Shown piece after piece: positions 37,331 to 50,474 of a stretch of 64,000 nt of DNA. A program made the position numbers and the translations under genes. The notes under the pieces were generated by a model. It ran no database searches and was not told where the DNA came from. It worked only from the letters and a program-made list of their open reading frames with translations. Every line of letters begins with the position of its first letter. The first letter of the stretch is position 1. The DNA comes from Mobula birostris (taxonomy: Eukaryota): positions 29,165,144 to 29,229,143 of the forward strand of contig NC_092380.1 in NCBI RefSeq assembly GCF_030028105.1, written 5' to 3'.

Positions 37331-38023
37331 TCAGTACTTGTGTTAGGGGCACGCTATTCCCCCTGTAGGTGTTCAATAAGACTTCCCCGTTAATCACACA
37401 AACTCCAAACGCAGCCTGAAAGCGGAGAATCGGTAGTTCTGTGCCGTTTACAGTTCGCATTTGTGGGTATGTTTTCCCAGGTATTTGCGGTTCCTGTTTA
37501 GGAGATAGGCTATAATAAATGCAGTCCTTCATTTTGTAACCAGTCCCATTTCTGGTCGAGTCCGCGATGGGTTCACGGGGACACAACAGTCTGCTGACGC
37601 TGGTATTCAGTTGCTTTCACAGCAAGCCCTTTCTACATAGACCGACCGCGACTATAAACTGAATCGGCTTTTCGAAGCTCAATAACCAGAAACATTCAAG
37701 CTGGTGAGTTAAATAACACGTAGGGTGTTACTCTAAAGTAAATCTTCATCGTATTAATGATTCAAAGCATTTTGCAGATTACAGATCAGTAAATATCTTT
37801 CGGCGGGATCTTAAAGTGTCCGGTTGTCCGAGAAACCGATATTTCCTTTCGACGCCTTTCTTTCTGCTTCCTTCATTGGTTTGCTGCGCTCATCAAAAGT
37901 GAATGGGAATTCACCTCCATGTCACAACCGGGCTATTCGTGACTCGGCACTGCTCAGTCTGTGTTCGGAACGGTTTCAATCCCGTGGCATAATTGTCAAT
38001 AATTACCTGACAACCTCATCCAC

Positions 38024-38278
38024 TCACGAGGAATTCTGCAGATGCTGGAAATCCAAGCAACACACATCAAAGTTGCTGGTGAACGCAGCCGGCCAGGCAG
38101 CATCTCTAGGAAGAGGTACAGTCGACGTTTCAGGCCGAGACCCTTCGTCACGACTAACTAGTAAGAGATCTCTTACTAGTTAGTCCTGACGAAGGGTCTC
38201 GGCCTGAAACGTCGACTGTACCTCTTCCTAGAGATGCTGCCTGGCCTGCTGCGTTCACCAGCAACTTTGATGTGTGTT
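38024..38278. mobile_element. Fold-back Penelope pLTR mini-insertion containing a 220-bp palindrome
   Basis: Arms 38059-38168 and 38169-38278, centre GAGA|TCTC, two mismatches seen. Flanked by ACCTCATCCAC (38013-38023) and ACCTAATCCAC (38279-38289). Confidence 0.9.
38182..38217 (+). ncRNA. Minimal hammerhead ribozyme, stem II variant
   Basis: AGTC-CTGACGA-AGGGTCTCGGCCT-GAAA-CGTC-GACT. The mirror copy on the minus strand (38120-38155) has a core C>G change. Confidence 0.65.
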
Positions 38279-38777
38279 ACCTAATCCACCCGTTTCTTTG
38301 AACTTTAATCGCACAATAAAGAGTAAACATTCAAAGCAAAACGCAGGGGGATGGGGTGGAGACAGAATCAGAGAATGGCCTTTCATTTTCCATCTCCATA
38401 ACCAGTGCTCCTGATAAACTTGAAAACGCACAGGTCCCATATTGAAGGTCGGCCAGCAACATTACCACCCTGGATAACTGCTCAATTCTCCAAAAACTAA
38501 CTGATGAAAAAAGAACAAATGTGAAGACTAGAACAGGGAAACCTGAGTAAAACGCGCCAGGCAGTGTCAGTGAACAGAGAAACAGAGTTAACGTTTCAGT
38601 CCGAATTCCCTTCATCAGATAACACTCTGTTCACATTCCTAATTATATCTGTACTTGAGAATAAATCCTTGTTAAAGTTGTACCAGGGCCCCAAGATCCC
38701 TCTTCACCTTCAGCTTTTAGGCCACACGCTTTATTGCATATTTTTCCTGCCAAAATGTACAACTTCACTCTCCCCAT

Positions 38778-41190
38778 CATAAGATATAGGAGCAGAATTA
38801 TGCCATTTGGCCCTTAAAGCCTGCTCCTTCATTTAATCAAATCTGATCCATTTTCCTCACAGCCCCATCTCCTACCTTCTCCCTGTATCCCTTGATGCTT
38901 TGAACAAACAATAATCTATCAATCTCTGTCTTCAATATAGGTAAAGATTTGGCTTGCACAGCCACCTGTTACAATGAGTTCCACAGATTCACTACGCTAT
39001 GGCTAAAGAAATTCCTCCTTATCTCCTTTCTAAAAGGATGCTCCTCTATTTTGAGGCTGTGTCCTCTGGTCCTAGACTCTCCCACCATAGAAAACACCTT
39101 CTCCAGATTCACCTTATCAAGGCCTTTCAACATTCGATAGCTTTTAATTAGGTAACTGCTCATTCTAGTCAATACAGGCCCAGAGCCATCAAATGCTCTT
39201 CATATGAAATGTTGTTCAATCCTAGAGTTATTTTCATGAACCTTCTTCTGTGAGGGGATCCTGGAGTGCCCCTATTAACTGTTTAGAGAGAGACATTTAT
39301 CATTGATGGTTTGTTTGGAAAGGAGAGAGAGACAGAGTTATTTACCACCGATATGTTGCTTTTGAAAAGAGAGAGAGAGAGAGAGAGACGAAGATTAACG
39401 CTTGGACTGTCACTTTAAGGCATTGGAAGTAACTTTGGATATTTACTGAGTTTGTAGTTGGAGACAGCACCGAGCAGCTCGAAAGTTGCTATGGTGACCG
39501 AAGGCAGTGTTAATTAATGGACACTCGATGTTATGATTTTCAACACATTGTTGATATTTCTTCAAGGACTTGTTGCCTGCTTCTGCACTCCTTTACAGAC
39601 AAAGGAGGGAGGGACTCTTTGAATGACAGGTGATGGTCAGCCTGGTGAAATAAATGGGAGGTCAGATGATACAGACCTCAGACACATGATCTGGAGATGG
39701 AATGAGCATTGTTGTGCCCGCAGAAAAAGTGGGTTTTGGAGGATCGATCAGGCGGATCGTTCCAAATTGCTATCCATCGGTGAGGAAGGGGTTGACTGGT
39801 GGGGAGCTGTCTATGTGTCCACCCTTGGTGATAGCTCCACCACAGAAGACCAGTCCCCTTGGTTAAAGTCACAGTCGGTGACTTGTAAAGGATTTTCGGA
39901 GGATGACGAGAAGATCGACAGCATCAGCTCACCTGAAGACTCAACTCACTCTCTCTCTCTCTCTCTCCATCACTACTCAACTAAATACCACGAACTGAAC
40001 TGAACTTTACTCAACATCGTAAGACTGTATCTTTTTACCCCTAAACTTAAAGAAGCCTGGCTTTTTCATACATATATATTCCACACTTACTTTTTTATAT
40101 AATCATTGCTAACATGTTTGATTTATCTACATTTATATTACTGTATTGCGTAGTTACTAATAAATATTAGTTTATAGCAATAAGAGACTCCAAAGTGTTT
40201 TCCATCTCTGCTGGTTTCTTTATCCCCATCACGGGGTTCGTGACACTTCCAACTCTCTCCTGTGTCAGCACATCTTTCTAAGATAAGGGGCCCAAATCTG
40301 CTCACAATGCTCAAAGTGAAGCCTCATCAGTCCTTGCACTTGCATTCTAGTCCTCTCAAAATGAATGCTAACATTGCATTTGTCTTCCTCACCACAGACT
40401 TGACTGCAAATTAACCTTTCGGGAACACTGCACAAGGACTCCCAAGTCCCTTTACACCTCAGATTTTTAAAATTTCTCTCCATTTAGAAAATGGTTTATG
40501 CTTTTATTCTTCTACCAAAGTGCATGACCATACACTTCCCAACATAGTATTCCTTCTGCTGCTTCTTTTCCCATTCTCCTAATCTGTCTATGGCCTTCTG
40601 TAGCCTTTCTACTTTTGTAAAACTACCTGCCCTTCCAACTAATCTTTGTGTCATCTGAAAACTTTACAACAAAACCAGCAGTTCTGTCAGCCAAGTCAAT
40701 GACATAGAATGTAAAAAGAATTGGCCCAAACACAGACCACAGTGAAACACCACTAGTCACAATATACCAACCAAAAGGTTCATTCCCGTTCTTTGTTTCT
40801 GCCAATCAGCCATTGCTTTATCAATGGTAGTATCTTCCCTGTAATATGACAGCTCTTAGCTTGTCAAGCAGCCTTATGTGTGGCACCTTGTCAAGGGCCT
40901 TCTGAAAATCCAAGTACACAAAATCAGCCAATTCTCATTTGTCTATTCTACTTGTTATTTCTTCAAAGAATTCCATCAGATTTGTCAGACAAGATTTTTC
41001 CTTGAGGAAATCATGCTGACTGTGGTCTATTTTATCAAATGCCTCCAAGTATCCCAAAACCATATCCCTAGCAATCACCTCCAAGATCTTCCCAACCACT
41101 GAAGTCAGACTAACTGGCCTATAATTTCCTTTCTTCTGCCTCTCTTTCTTTTTGAAGAGTGGAGTGACATTTACAATTTTCCAGTCTTCC
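38778..41190 (-). mobile_element. CR1 LINE 3' part (paralogue of 23950-25402), interrupted by a solo LTR
   Basis: Translates ESRTRGHSLKI...FFSHSVVNLWNSL and VVKFSDDTK. Confidence 0.85.
39249..40245 (+). mobile_element. Solo LTR (~1 kb)
   Basis: TGTGA...TGACA termini, 4-bp TSD CTTC, AATAAA near 40159; absent at the paralogous site (~24410). Confidence 0.85.
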
Positions 41191-41304
41191 TCATGTCCCC
41201 CTCATAATGTTGTCAAAGCTTTGCCCAATTATGTGACACATGCGTGTGTGTGTGTATATGAGTGTATATGCATGTGATTATGTAAATTATGTATATGTAT
41301 GTAT

Positions 41305-42875
41305 ACATAGAACAGTAGAAACAGTCCATTCAGCCAACAATAATGTGCCAAACCAGCTAAAAAGCAAATCAAAAACAGCCAAACATTAACCCTGTTACCT
41401 GCACCATGTCCATATCCCTCCATCTTCCTTACATCCACGTGTCTATCCAAATGTCTCTTAATAGCCTCTAATGTATTTGCCTCTACCACCATAGCAGGCA
41501 TCCATGACTTTCTGAGTTTCTAAAAAACTTACCCCTCACAATCCCCTTGAATATTCCCGCTGTCACCTTCAAGGTATGCCGTCTAGTATTAGACATTTCA
41601 ATTCTAAGAAACAGATACTCTCTGTCCACTCTTTCTATGCCTCTCATAATCTTGTAAACCTCCATCAGATCTCCCCCTCAGCCTCTGGTGCTCCAGAGAA
41701 AACAACCCAAGTTCATCCAGGATCTCATGAAAGCACATGCTCTCTAAACCAGGCAGCATCCTGGTAAACCTATTCTGCACCGTCTCCAAAGCTTTCTTTA
41801 GTGGGGCGACCAGAACTGTACACAATACTCCAGATGTGGCCTCACTAGTGTTTTATAAAGTTGCAACGTAACCTCCTGACTTTTGAACTCAATGCCTCAG
41901 CTAATAAAAACAAGAATTCCAAGAACCTCCTTAATCACATTATCGTCCTGTGTAGCCCCTTTCAGGGAATTATGAACTTGGATCCCAGATATCTCTGCTC
42001 AGTAACAATGTTAAGGATCTTGCCCTTAACAGTGTACTGTCTTATTGCATTTACCCTGCTGAAGTGTAATACCTCACACTTAGCTGGGTTAAACTCCATC
42101 TGCCTTTTCTCAGCCCATATCTCCAACTGATGTATTATCTGCCAGTCTTCTACACTAGCCACAACTTCACCAATCTTGGTATCATCCACAAATTTACAAA
42201 CTCACCCATCTACATTTTCATCCAGATTATTTATATACATTACAAATAGCAGAAGTCCCAGCACAAATCCCTACAAAACTCCACTGATTGCAAGCCTCCA
42301 GCTCAAATAAGTCCTTTCAACCACTACCCTATGTCTGCAATGTGTAAGCCAGTTCTGAATCTAAACAGCGAATTCACCGCAGATTCCATGCACTTTAATC
42401 TTCTGGATTAGCCTCCCACGAGATACTTTGTCAAACGTCTTACCAAAATTCCTGCTGACAACATTCACTGCCCTACCCTCAACAATCTCTCTCATCACCT
42501 TGTCAAAATAGTCAATCAAGCTGGAATGGCACAGCCTGCCACACTCTCCCTAATTAGGCTGTGGGTTTCCAAATGCTCATATATCCACTTCCTAATTTCC
42601 TCCAGCTATTTCCCTATAACTGGTGTAAGTCTCACTGGTCTATAGTTCCAAGGATTTTCCCTTGTTCTCTTCTTAAGTAGAGGAATAACTAGCCACTTGT
42701 CAGTCTTCTGGGGCCTTGCCTGTGGCTGAGAGGACACAAAAATACAGGTCAAGGGCCCAGCAATCTCATATCTTGCCTCCTTCAATAACCTGGGGTATAT
42801 CCCATCATGACCTGGAGACTTATCCGTCTTAACACTCTTTAGGAGGCCCAACACTTCATCATCATCCTTGACCTC
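41305..42875 (-). mobile_element. CR1 LINE RT and 3' end
   Basis: Translates KSPGHDGIYPRLLKEAR...NYRPVRLT and DDTKIGEVV...FNPAKCEVLHF; tail near 41305. Confidence 0.85.
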
Positions 42876-43047
42876 TAAACGCCCTAATGTATATGTGCAG
42901 TTTTTCATATATTCCATTGTGCCTGTTTACTGTGAATGCACACAAGAAAATATATCTCAGGGTAGTACACGGTGACATATATGTACTTCCAGTCTTACAA
43001 CACGGTGGAAGCAGAGTTATGAATGGTATTTGAGTAACATGAGTATT

Positions 43048-43319
43048 TGGTTGCACAGTAGTGTAGTGGTTAGCACAACGCTTTATAGTACCAGCAACCC
43101 CTGGTTCAATTCCCACCATTGCCTTTAAGCTCTCTCCGTGACCACATAGGTTTCCTTCGGGTGCTCCAGTTTCCTCCCACTGTTGAAAGACATACCAGTT
43201 GGTAGGTTAATTAGACGTTGTAAATTGTCCTGTGGTTAGGCTAGGATTAAAAATGGAGGGCTTCTGGGCAGCACAGCTTGAAGAGCCAGAAGGGGATTTC
43301 CGCACTGTATGTCAGTAAG

Positions 43320-43350
<31 letters not shown>
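43048..43350 (+). mobile_element. tRNA-derived V-SINE (HE1-like)
   Basis: A-box-like TAGTGTAGTGG, B-box-like GGTTCAATTCC, V-domain GGTTTCCTTCGGGTGCTCCAGTTTCCTCCCAC, (TAAA)n tail. Confidence 0.8.
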
Positions 43351-44009
43351 GTCTCATCAAACACTTGAATTACCCAGCTACAGGCCAAATGCTGGAAGAA
43401 GGGATTAATATGCATGGGTTCCCACTGGTTATTATAGAAGTGATGGGGCCAATAGACTGTTATAGCACAGTAAAGTACTGTGAAAGTGGGAATTAATGTA
43501 TCTCTGCTATTACAAACAGATAAACCAGATAATTATGATAATTGTATTCACCATCTCTCTGTCCCTATTAACCTGTTCCATCTGGCTTGATATCATACTG
43601 ATATCCATTTCATCTCTGCAATTATTTTCTGTAAATTAACATGAACTTGCTTTTCCCTCCCTTTCTAAATTCTGACCTGAAATGTTTACTCTCTTTCTCT
43701 TCTCATAGGTGCTTCCTGAGCTGCTGAGAGTATCCAGCATTCTCTAGTTTAGTTTCAAATTTCCAGTGCCAAGGTTTGTTTTTGATCTTTCCATCATTTA
43801 AAACTAATTATTTAAAGGGTTTCAACCTTACTGGATTATATATTCTTTCAACTTTTTTCAATTATTCTCTCTTTTAAAACATGGATGATTGGAATTATCA
43901 CCCTTTCTGTACTGGTGCTTAATTCTATTTTTCTTTCCCAGCTGCATATTTCACGCCGAAGTCCCTGTTAAGCCCTGTGTGCAGTGATTGCTTGTAGTGG
44001 CTGTCAGAT

Positions 44010-44560
44010 TGACAGTTCAGTCTGCCCCGCTTCCCAGTCTACGGACAGGATGTCATGTTACGTGACGCCACATCACAGGATTGATCACATCACTGACATC
44101 ATTCCAGTGGCCCACAGAGGGGGAGCATACTGGGCCCAGGGGTGGAGATGAAGCAGGGTCTGAACTGAAGTGGGGGTTGGTCTGTACTTGCTGTGTTTTT
44201 GAAGACTGAGAGGTTATATAATGGGCTTCTCTTGTGTGCAGGTTGATGTGGAGAGATAGAGAAGGCAGCAACTGGATCAGACGAGCTGCTCCTTGCTCTC
44301 TGCCATTGCCATGTGGATGAGGCCGCGGACTGGTGGAGTATGGTGAGCTTGACTGCTTCTCCATTGTCCTCTTCTCTTCCTGCCTGCTGTACCAGGAACA
44401 GTGAGTACCTGTCAGTGTCTTACTGCACCAGCTCCCTGCCTCAGGTTTCCCATTCTCATCCTTGCGATCACATCCTCCATGGTTCTCACCTTCTCCCGCT
44501 CTGTAACCTCCTCCCATCTTGGCAAACTCTCACAGCTCCACTCTCCTCCCTCTGTGGCTT
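44010..44560 (+). pseudogene. Relic promoter plus signal-peptide first exon (copy 2)
   Basis: TATATAA near 44215, GCCATG at 44311, 30 codons MWMRPRTGGVW*A*LLLHCPLLFLPAVPGT, then donor GTGAGT at 44401. Confidence 0.5.
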
Positions 44561-45239
44561 CTTTGTATCTTCAAATTACATTCTTAGCTTGAAGGCCTGT
44601 GACCAGTGGTACTGCTGGGGAAGGTGCTGTGTACTTCGTTTGTCAAATATATTGGCAACCTGGATGAGAATGTATGTGATGTGATTACTGAGTTTGCAGT
44701 TGACACCAAAATTGATGGTATCCTGATCGTGAAGTAGGTCATCCAAGTTACAATAGGACATACATCAACTATAAAAATAGGCAAAGAAATGTCAGGTAGA
44801 GTTAAATGAGGGCAAAAGAATTGACAGTAAATGGGAGTGCCCTGGAGATTGTTGCAAAATAGAGGCATCTAAGGATAGAATTTCTAAAAGTACCAACATA
44901 GGCGGACAAGGTGGTAAAGAAAGTGCTTGAGTTCACTTGCCTTCACTAGTCGGGCCAGTGAGTACAGGAGTGAGGATGTTATGTTATAACTGCACAAGAT
45001 GTTAGTGAGATTGCACGTGGGGCACTGTGTGCACTTCTGATACCCTACCTCCAGGAAGAATGCAATTCAGCTGAGGAGGGTGCAGAAAACATTCACAAGG
45101 ATGTGGCGGGGACTGGAGGACTTGAGTTACAATAAGAGATTGGATGGGCTGTTTTCTCTGGAGCACAGGAAGATGAGGTGTGAGTTTAGTGGGGTATTTC
45201 ATGGTATTTCAAAAGGTAATCATGGATAGATAAACAATT

Positions 45240-45747
45240 GGTTGTCTATTGTGTCTGACGATGACACGCATGAAAGTTTTTAAAGTGGAGAAGCCATTGC
45301 ACTGGGGACATTCCACTCTTTTGACCTCAGAACTCAGGGTTCAGTGGTATGAACAAGCATCACAAACTATGGTCTTCCTTGGTTACAGTGGATGACCATG
45401 ACATCTGTGCCTTGTCATGCCTTTTGCTCTCCATAAAGCATTGTAGTATCGCCTTTCTGGCCATGGGACCTCACTGTAGATTTCATCTGCCCAGTCTACC
45501 GGAGCTGACCGTGTGCTGGGTTAGGCATGTACCTATCTCACCAAGGTATGAGACCGTCGGCTACCTTCACCTAGTTTAGCCCTCCTGTCAAAGTGGTGTA
45601 CCAGGGTGTGGCCACTGTTGCATGCATACAACTACTAAGAGACACACGTGAGAGCTGTGTGTCCAGTAGGGTCCAAAGGTGCTCTGGAATGGACACAATA
45701 AGCCCTTTCACCAGAGGTGCTCCCCCTTTCTGGACATCCCATATACC
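45240..45747 (-). mobile_element. Short non-autonomous non-LTR element, probably RTE-related
   Basis: Perfect 13-bp TSD TAGATAAACAATT (45227-45239 and 45748-45760); no ORF. The family call is by resemblance only. Confidence 0.7.
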
Positions 45748-48002
45748 TAGATAAACAATTCAACAGGATAAATATAAATTCTGATGTAGCCACAGAGGAT
45801 GTAGCCACAGACTCTGTACCTTCCTCCAGTCCCTGCGACGCTCTCTACATCCTTGGCCCCTCACTTCCCATTTTAGATTGGAGTACTCTGCTCTGTTGTT
45901 TCTTACATGCATTGATATGTGGGTCAGAAAGTAAATAATAAATTTGCAGATGACACCAAACTGGTGGTACGGTGGACAGTTCTGAAAGCTGGGATATAGA
46001 TTAATTAGACTTTAGGGACAACTTACTGACACAGAAAGTGGTAGATACATGGAATAAGCTACCAGAGGAAATAGTTCAGGCAGACACAATAACGACATTT
46101 AAACAATATTTTGAAAAGTACATAGGAAAGACTTAGAAGGATTTGGACCAAATGCAAACAAGTGGAACCGCTTAGATGGACACCCTGATCTGGATGAGAT
46201 GCGCCAAAGGGTCTGTCTCCATACTGACATACTAAATGATTCTGTGACAGGAGATGTTACTGAGACAGTTTTGGACTAGCTGTCCATGTGTGAACATCAA
46301 AGCCATTACTGAAAACCATGTGAACCACATGACACACACTGCTCTTATTAATATATTTGCTTATCTCTTTTTAAAAAAGGCATTAATTAAATTATTTAGA
46401 TGGGTCTCCCATGAACCAGTTTGTACTGACCATGACTAATCAGTCCCTGCCTTTTCAAGTGAAGATCATTCCAGTCCCTCAGAATATTTATCCAGTGTTC
46501 TCCCTACTATATATTTGACAATAACTGGCAGCTGCCTTGTCCCTGTAACCATTCTTGAATACAGATCCCACATCTGATATCCTCCAGGCCCACACGGCGC
46601 CCTGTGAGACATCCTCCCTCCTTACTGCAGTGATAATCTCATTTATTAATCTTGCAAATGTCATCTCCTTTTTTACGTTCCTCCCTATCACCTGTGAACC
46701 TGCTCATATTCAGAGTGGTGAGTCTCCAGGGTGCGCCTGGTTTACAGCTGAGATGAGAAAAGCCAAATATCTTTTACACATTATAATTGTATTTACTTTT
46801 ACAGTTTCCTCTGGCAGTTCATTCCATAGACCAATCCATTCCGTGTGGAAAGGCTGCCTCTCCAGTCCATTTTAAATCATTCCTCTTTCGCCTTAGATCA
46901 TTCTTCTAGTTGAAGATTTCCCATCCTGGGGAAAAAACACGTGTGATCATGAAAAACTATGCTACCCCATGATGATTTACCAATTTTTGTAAGGTTCCTC
47001 AGACTCACAACCTGTACATAATGAGGTTTAAAATAAACGAACTGGACTATATCCACTATTTTTATAGTTTTTTTCCACTCAAGGGCATTGGTGTTCCAAT
47101 CCAGACAATGCTGCAACCTGTCAGAATACTCTCCACCGCACATTTACAGAAGTTTGTAAAAGTTTTAGATGACATGTGGAATCTCTGCAAACTTCTAAGA
47201 AAGTACTGTAGAGGCGATCTTTGTAATTACACTTAGATGCTGGTCACAGCACAGACACTCTGAAATGATGACACCAAGGAACTTAAAGTTGCTGACTCTC
47301 TCTACCTCTGATCCCTTGATGAAGACTGGCTCCCCACCATCCAGACTATCTCACTGATACATCGAGAAGGAGATCTCTGATTCCCACACAAACAGGTTCA
47401 GGAACCATTACTTCCCTTCAACCATCAGGTTCCTGAACTACTCTGGCAATCTTCACTCACCCCAACAAGAACTGAGTCCAAAACCTATGGACTCAGTATT
47501 GTTTATTTATTATTATTATTTGTTTTTTTGTGTATTTGTACAGTTTGTCTTTTGCATATTGATTGCTTCAGTCTTTGTGTGTAGTTCTTCATTGATTTCA
47601 GTGTATTTCTCTGTTCTGTGAATGCCCACAACAAAATAAATCTCAGGGTAGTATATATGTACTTTGACAATAAATTTACTTTGAACTTTGAATTTTTGAG
47701 GGATGTGCACAACTCTAGGCAGTTTTTTGTTGTCTGGGATAGAGCAGTTACCCTACCAAGCAGTGACCGATCCAGGTAGGAAGCTTTCCATAGTGCATCA
47801 AAAAAACATGTGTACTCTGTCCTTGATCCTGGAATACTTGATGCCCACACCGGATATATGGTGATGGGTGACGTATAACTAATACTGTCAAGATCTCTGA
47901 GGGCCCAATCTGATCCCAACATATCGATGTAGCTATAAAAAAGGTAAGACAGTGGCTATACTTTATTAGGAGTATGAAGAGATTTGTCATGTTAACAAAT
48001 AG

Positions 48003-49347
48003 ACTGGTTAGCCTGACGTCGGTGGTGGGAAAGATGCTGGAGTCAATTATAAAAGATGAAATTATGACACATCTGGATAGTAGGAACAGGATTGGTCCGA
48101 GTCAGCATGGATTTACGACGGGGATGTAACTATGAAAATGGACAAGGGAGAGCCAGTGGATGTAGTGTACCTGGACTTTCAGAAAACCTTTGATAAAGTC
48201 CCACATAGGAGATTAGTGGGCAAAATTAGGGCACATGGTATTGGGGGCAGAGTACTAGCATGGATTGAAAATTGGCTGGCTGACAGAAGACAAAGAGTAG
48301 CAATTAACAGGTCCCTTTCGGAATGGCAGGCGGTGACCAGTGGGGTACCGCAGGGTTCAATGCTGGGACTGCAGCTGTTTACAATATATATTAATGATTT
48401 AGATGAGGGAATTAAAAGTAACATCAGCAAATTTGCCGATGACACAAAGCTGGGTGGCAGTGTGAAATGTGAGGAGGATGTTATGAGAATGCAGGGTGAC
48501 TTGGACAGGCTGGGTGAGTGGGCAGATGCAGTTTAATGTGGATAAATGTGAGGTTATCCACTTTGGTGGTAAGAACAGGAAGGCAGATTATTATCTAAAT
48601 GGAGTCAAGTTAGGAAAAGGGGAAGCACAACGAGATCTGGGTGTTCTTGTACATCAGTCACTGAAAGCAAGCATGCAAGTACAGCAGGCTGTGAAGAAAG
48701 CTAATGGCATGCTGGCCTTCATAACAAGGGGAATTCAGTATAAGAGCAAAGAGGTCCTTCTGCAGCTGTACTGGGCCTTGGTGAGACCACACCTGGAGTA
48801 CTGTGTGCAGTTTTGGTCTCCAAACTTGAGGAAGGACATTCTTGCTATTGACGGAGTACAGCGTAGGTTCACAAGGTTAATTCCTGGGATGGCGGGACTG
48901 TCATCTGTCGAAAGATTGGAGCGACTGGGCTTGTATACTCTGGAATTAGAAGGCTGAGAGGGAATCTTATTGAAACATAAAAGATTATAAGGGATGGGAC
49001 ACGCTGGAGGCAGAAAGTATGTTCCTGCTGATGGGTGAGTCCAGAACCAGAGGCCACAGTTTAAGAATTAGGGGTAGGCCATTTAGAACGGAGTTGAGGA
49101 AAAACTTTTTCACCCAGAGAGTGGTGGACATATGGAATACTCTGCCCCAGAAGGCTGTGGAGGCCAAGTCTCTGGATGCTTTCAAAAAAGAGATGGCTAG
49201 AGCTCTTAAAGATAGTGGAATCAAAGGTTATGGGGATAAGGCAGGAACTGGATACTGATAGTGGATGATCAGCCATGATCACAGTGAATGGCAGTGCTGG
49301 CTCGAAGGGCCGACTGGCCTACTCCTGCACCTATTGTCTATTGTCTA
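48003..49347 (+). mobile_element. Relatively young 5'-truncated CR1 (RT domain plus 3' end) nested in a Rex-like element (~47870-49765)
   Basis: ORFs 48132-48957 with YLDFQK.FDKVPH, GVPQGS.LG, KFADDTK and [15 protein letters not shown]; (CTATTGT)n tail. A Rex-like KAASIIKD...LLPSGRRYRSL segment resumes afterwards. Confidence 0.9.
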
Positions 49348-50474
49348 TACACAGGACATCTTTAGGGAGTGGTGTCTCAGAAAGGCAGCGTCCATTATTA
49401 AGGACCTCCAGCACCCAGGGCATGCCCTTTTCTCACTGTTACCATCAGGTAGGAGATACAGAAGCCTGAAGGAACACCCTCAGCGATTCAGGAACAGCTT
49501 CTTCCCCTCTGCCATCCCATTCCCAAATGGACATTGAATCTTTGGACACTACCTCACTTTTTTTTTTAAATATACAGTATTTCTGTTTTTGCACTTTTTA
49601 AAAAATCTATTCAATATTTGTAATTATTTACTTGTTTATTTTTTAAAATTTTATTTATTATTTATTATTTCCCTCTCTGCTAGGTTATGTATTGCGTTGA
49701 ACTGCTGCTGCTAAATTAACAAATTTCATGTCACATGCCGGTGATAATAAAGCCTATTCTGCTTCTGAAGGGATGGATAGTGCCATGCGCAGAAGACAGA
49801 GCCCAGAAGGACTCGGTGAACCTAGCTGGTTCTGTACAGCTGCTGGCATCAGCATTGGTGCATAACAGGGAATAACCGCATTCTCCACAGGATCACTACT
49901 CTCACCCTCTCCTCATACTCAAAGGGTTTGGAGTCGACCTCAAACCCTTCTTCCACACATTGGACAGGCAGAGGATTTGGGACAGGGCACTCTGTGGGAA
50001 CTGGCTGCAGCCAGTCACCCCCTTCCCCGACTCCCCGCATCACAAATCAGTCCCGCTACCTATCGTCAGACCCTTCTTTTCACAGAACTGCATAGCACGA
50101 AATTAAACCCTTCAGCTGAGGAGCACAGGAGTTGAGACATTATGGCGCTGTTATACAAGATGTTAGTGAAACTGCACCTGGAGCATTTTCTACAGTTTTG
50201 TAGGTAAGGCAGATGAGCTGAGAACATGGACAATTACTTGGAATTATGATGTAGCCATTATTGCTCAAACAGGACAGACTGGATTGTTTGTCTACTCAGG
50301 AAATATGGGTGGAACTGAAGAGTGAAAAGGGATGATGAGGTTAATGGGTTTACATTATAGACCTTGCAATAGGCAGTGGGGTTCAGGGGAGCAAATTTGT
50401 AGAGAAATAGCAGAGAGCTGCTAGAAAAATAAGGTTGTGATTTCCACATATTAAATGGTACTCCCATGCTGTAA

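Noticed and set aside
43055-43125. tRNA-like sequence (also ~61995-62070)
   Set aside because: No proper cloverleaf; it continues into the V-domain, so it is a SINE head.
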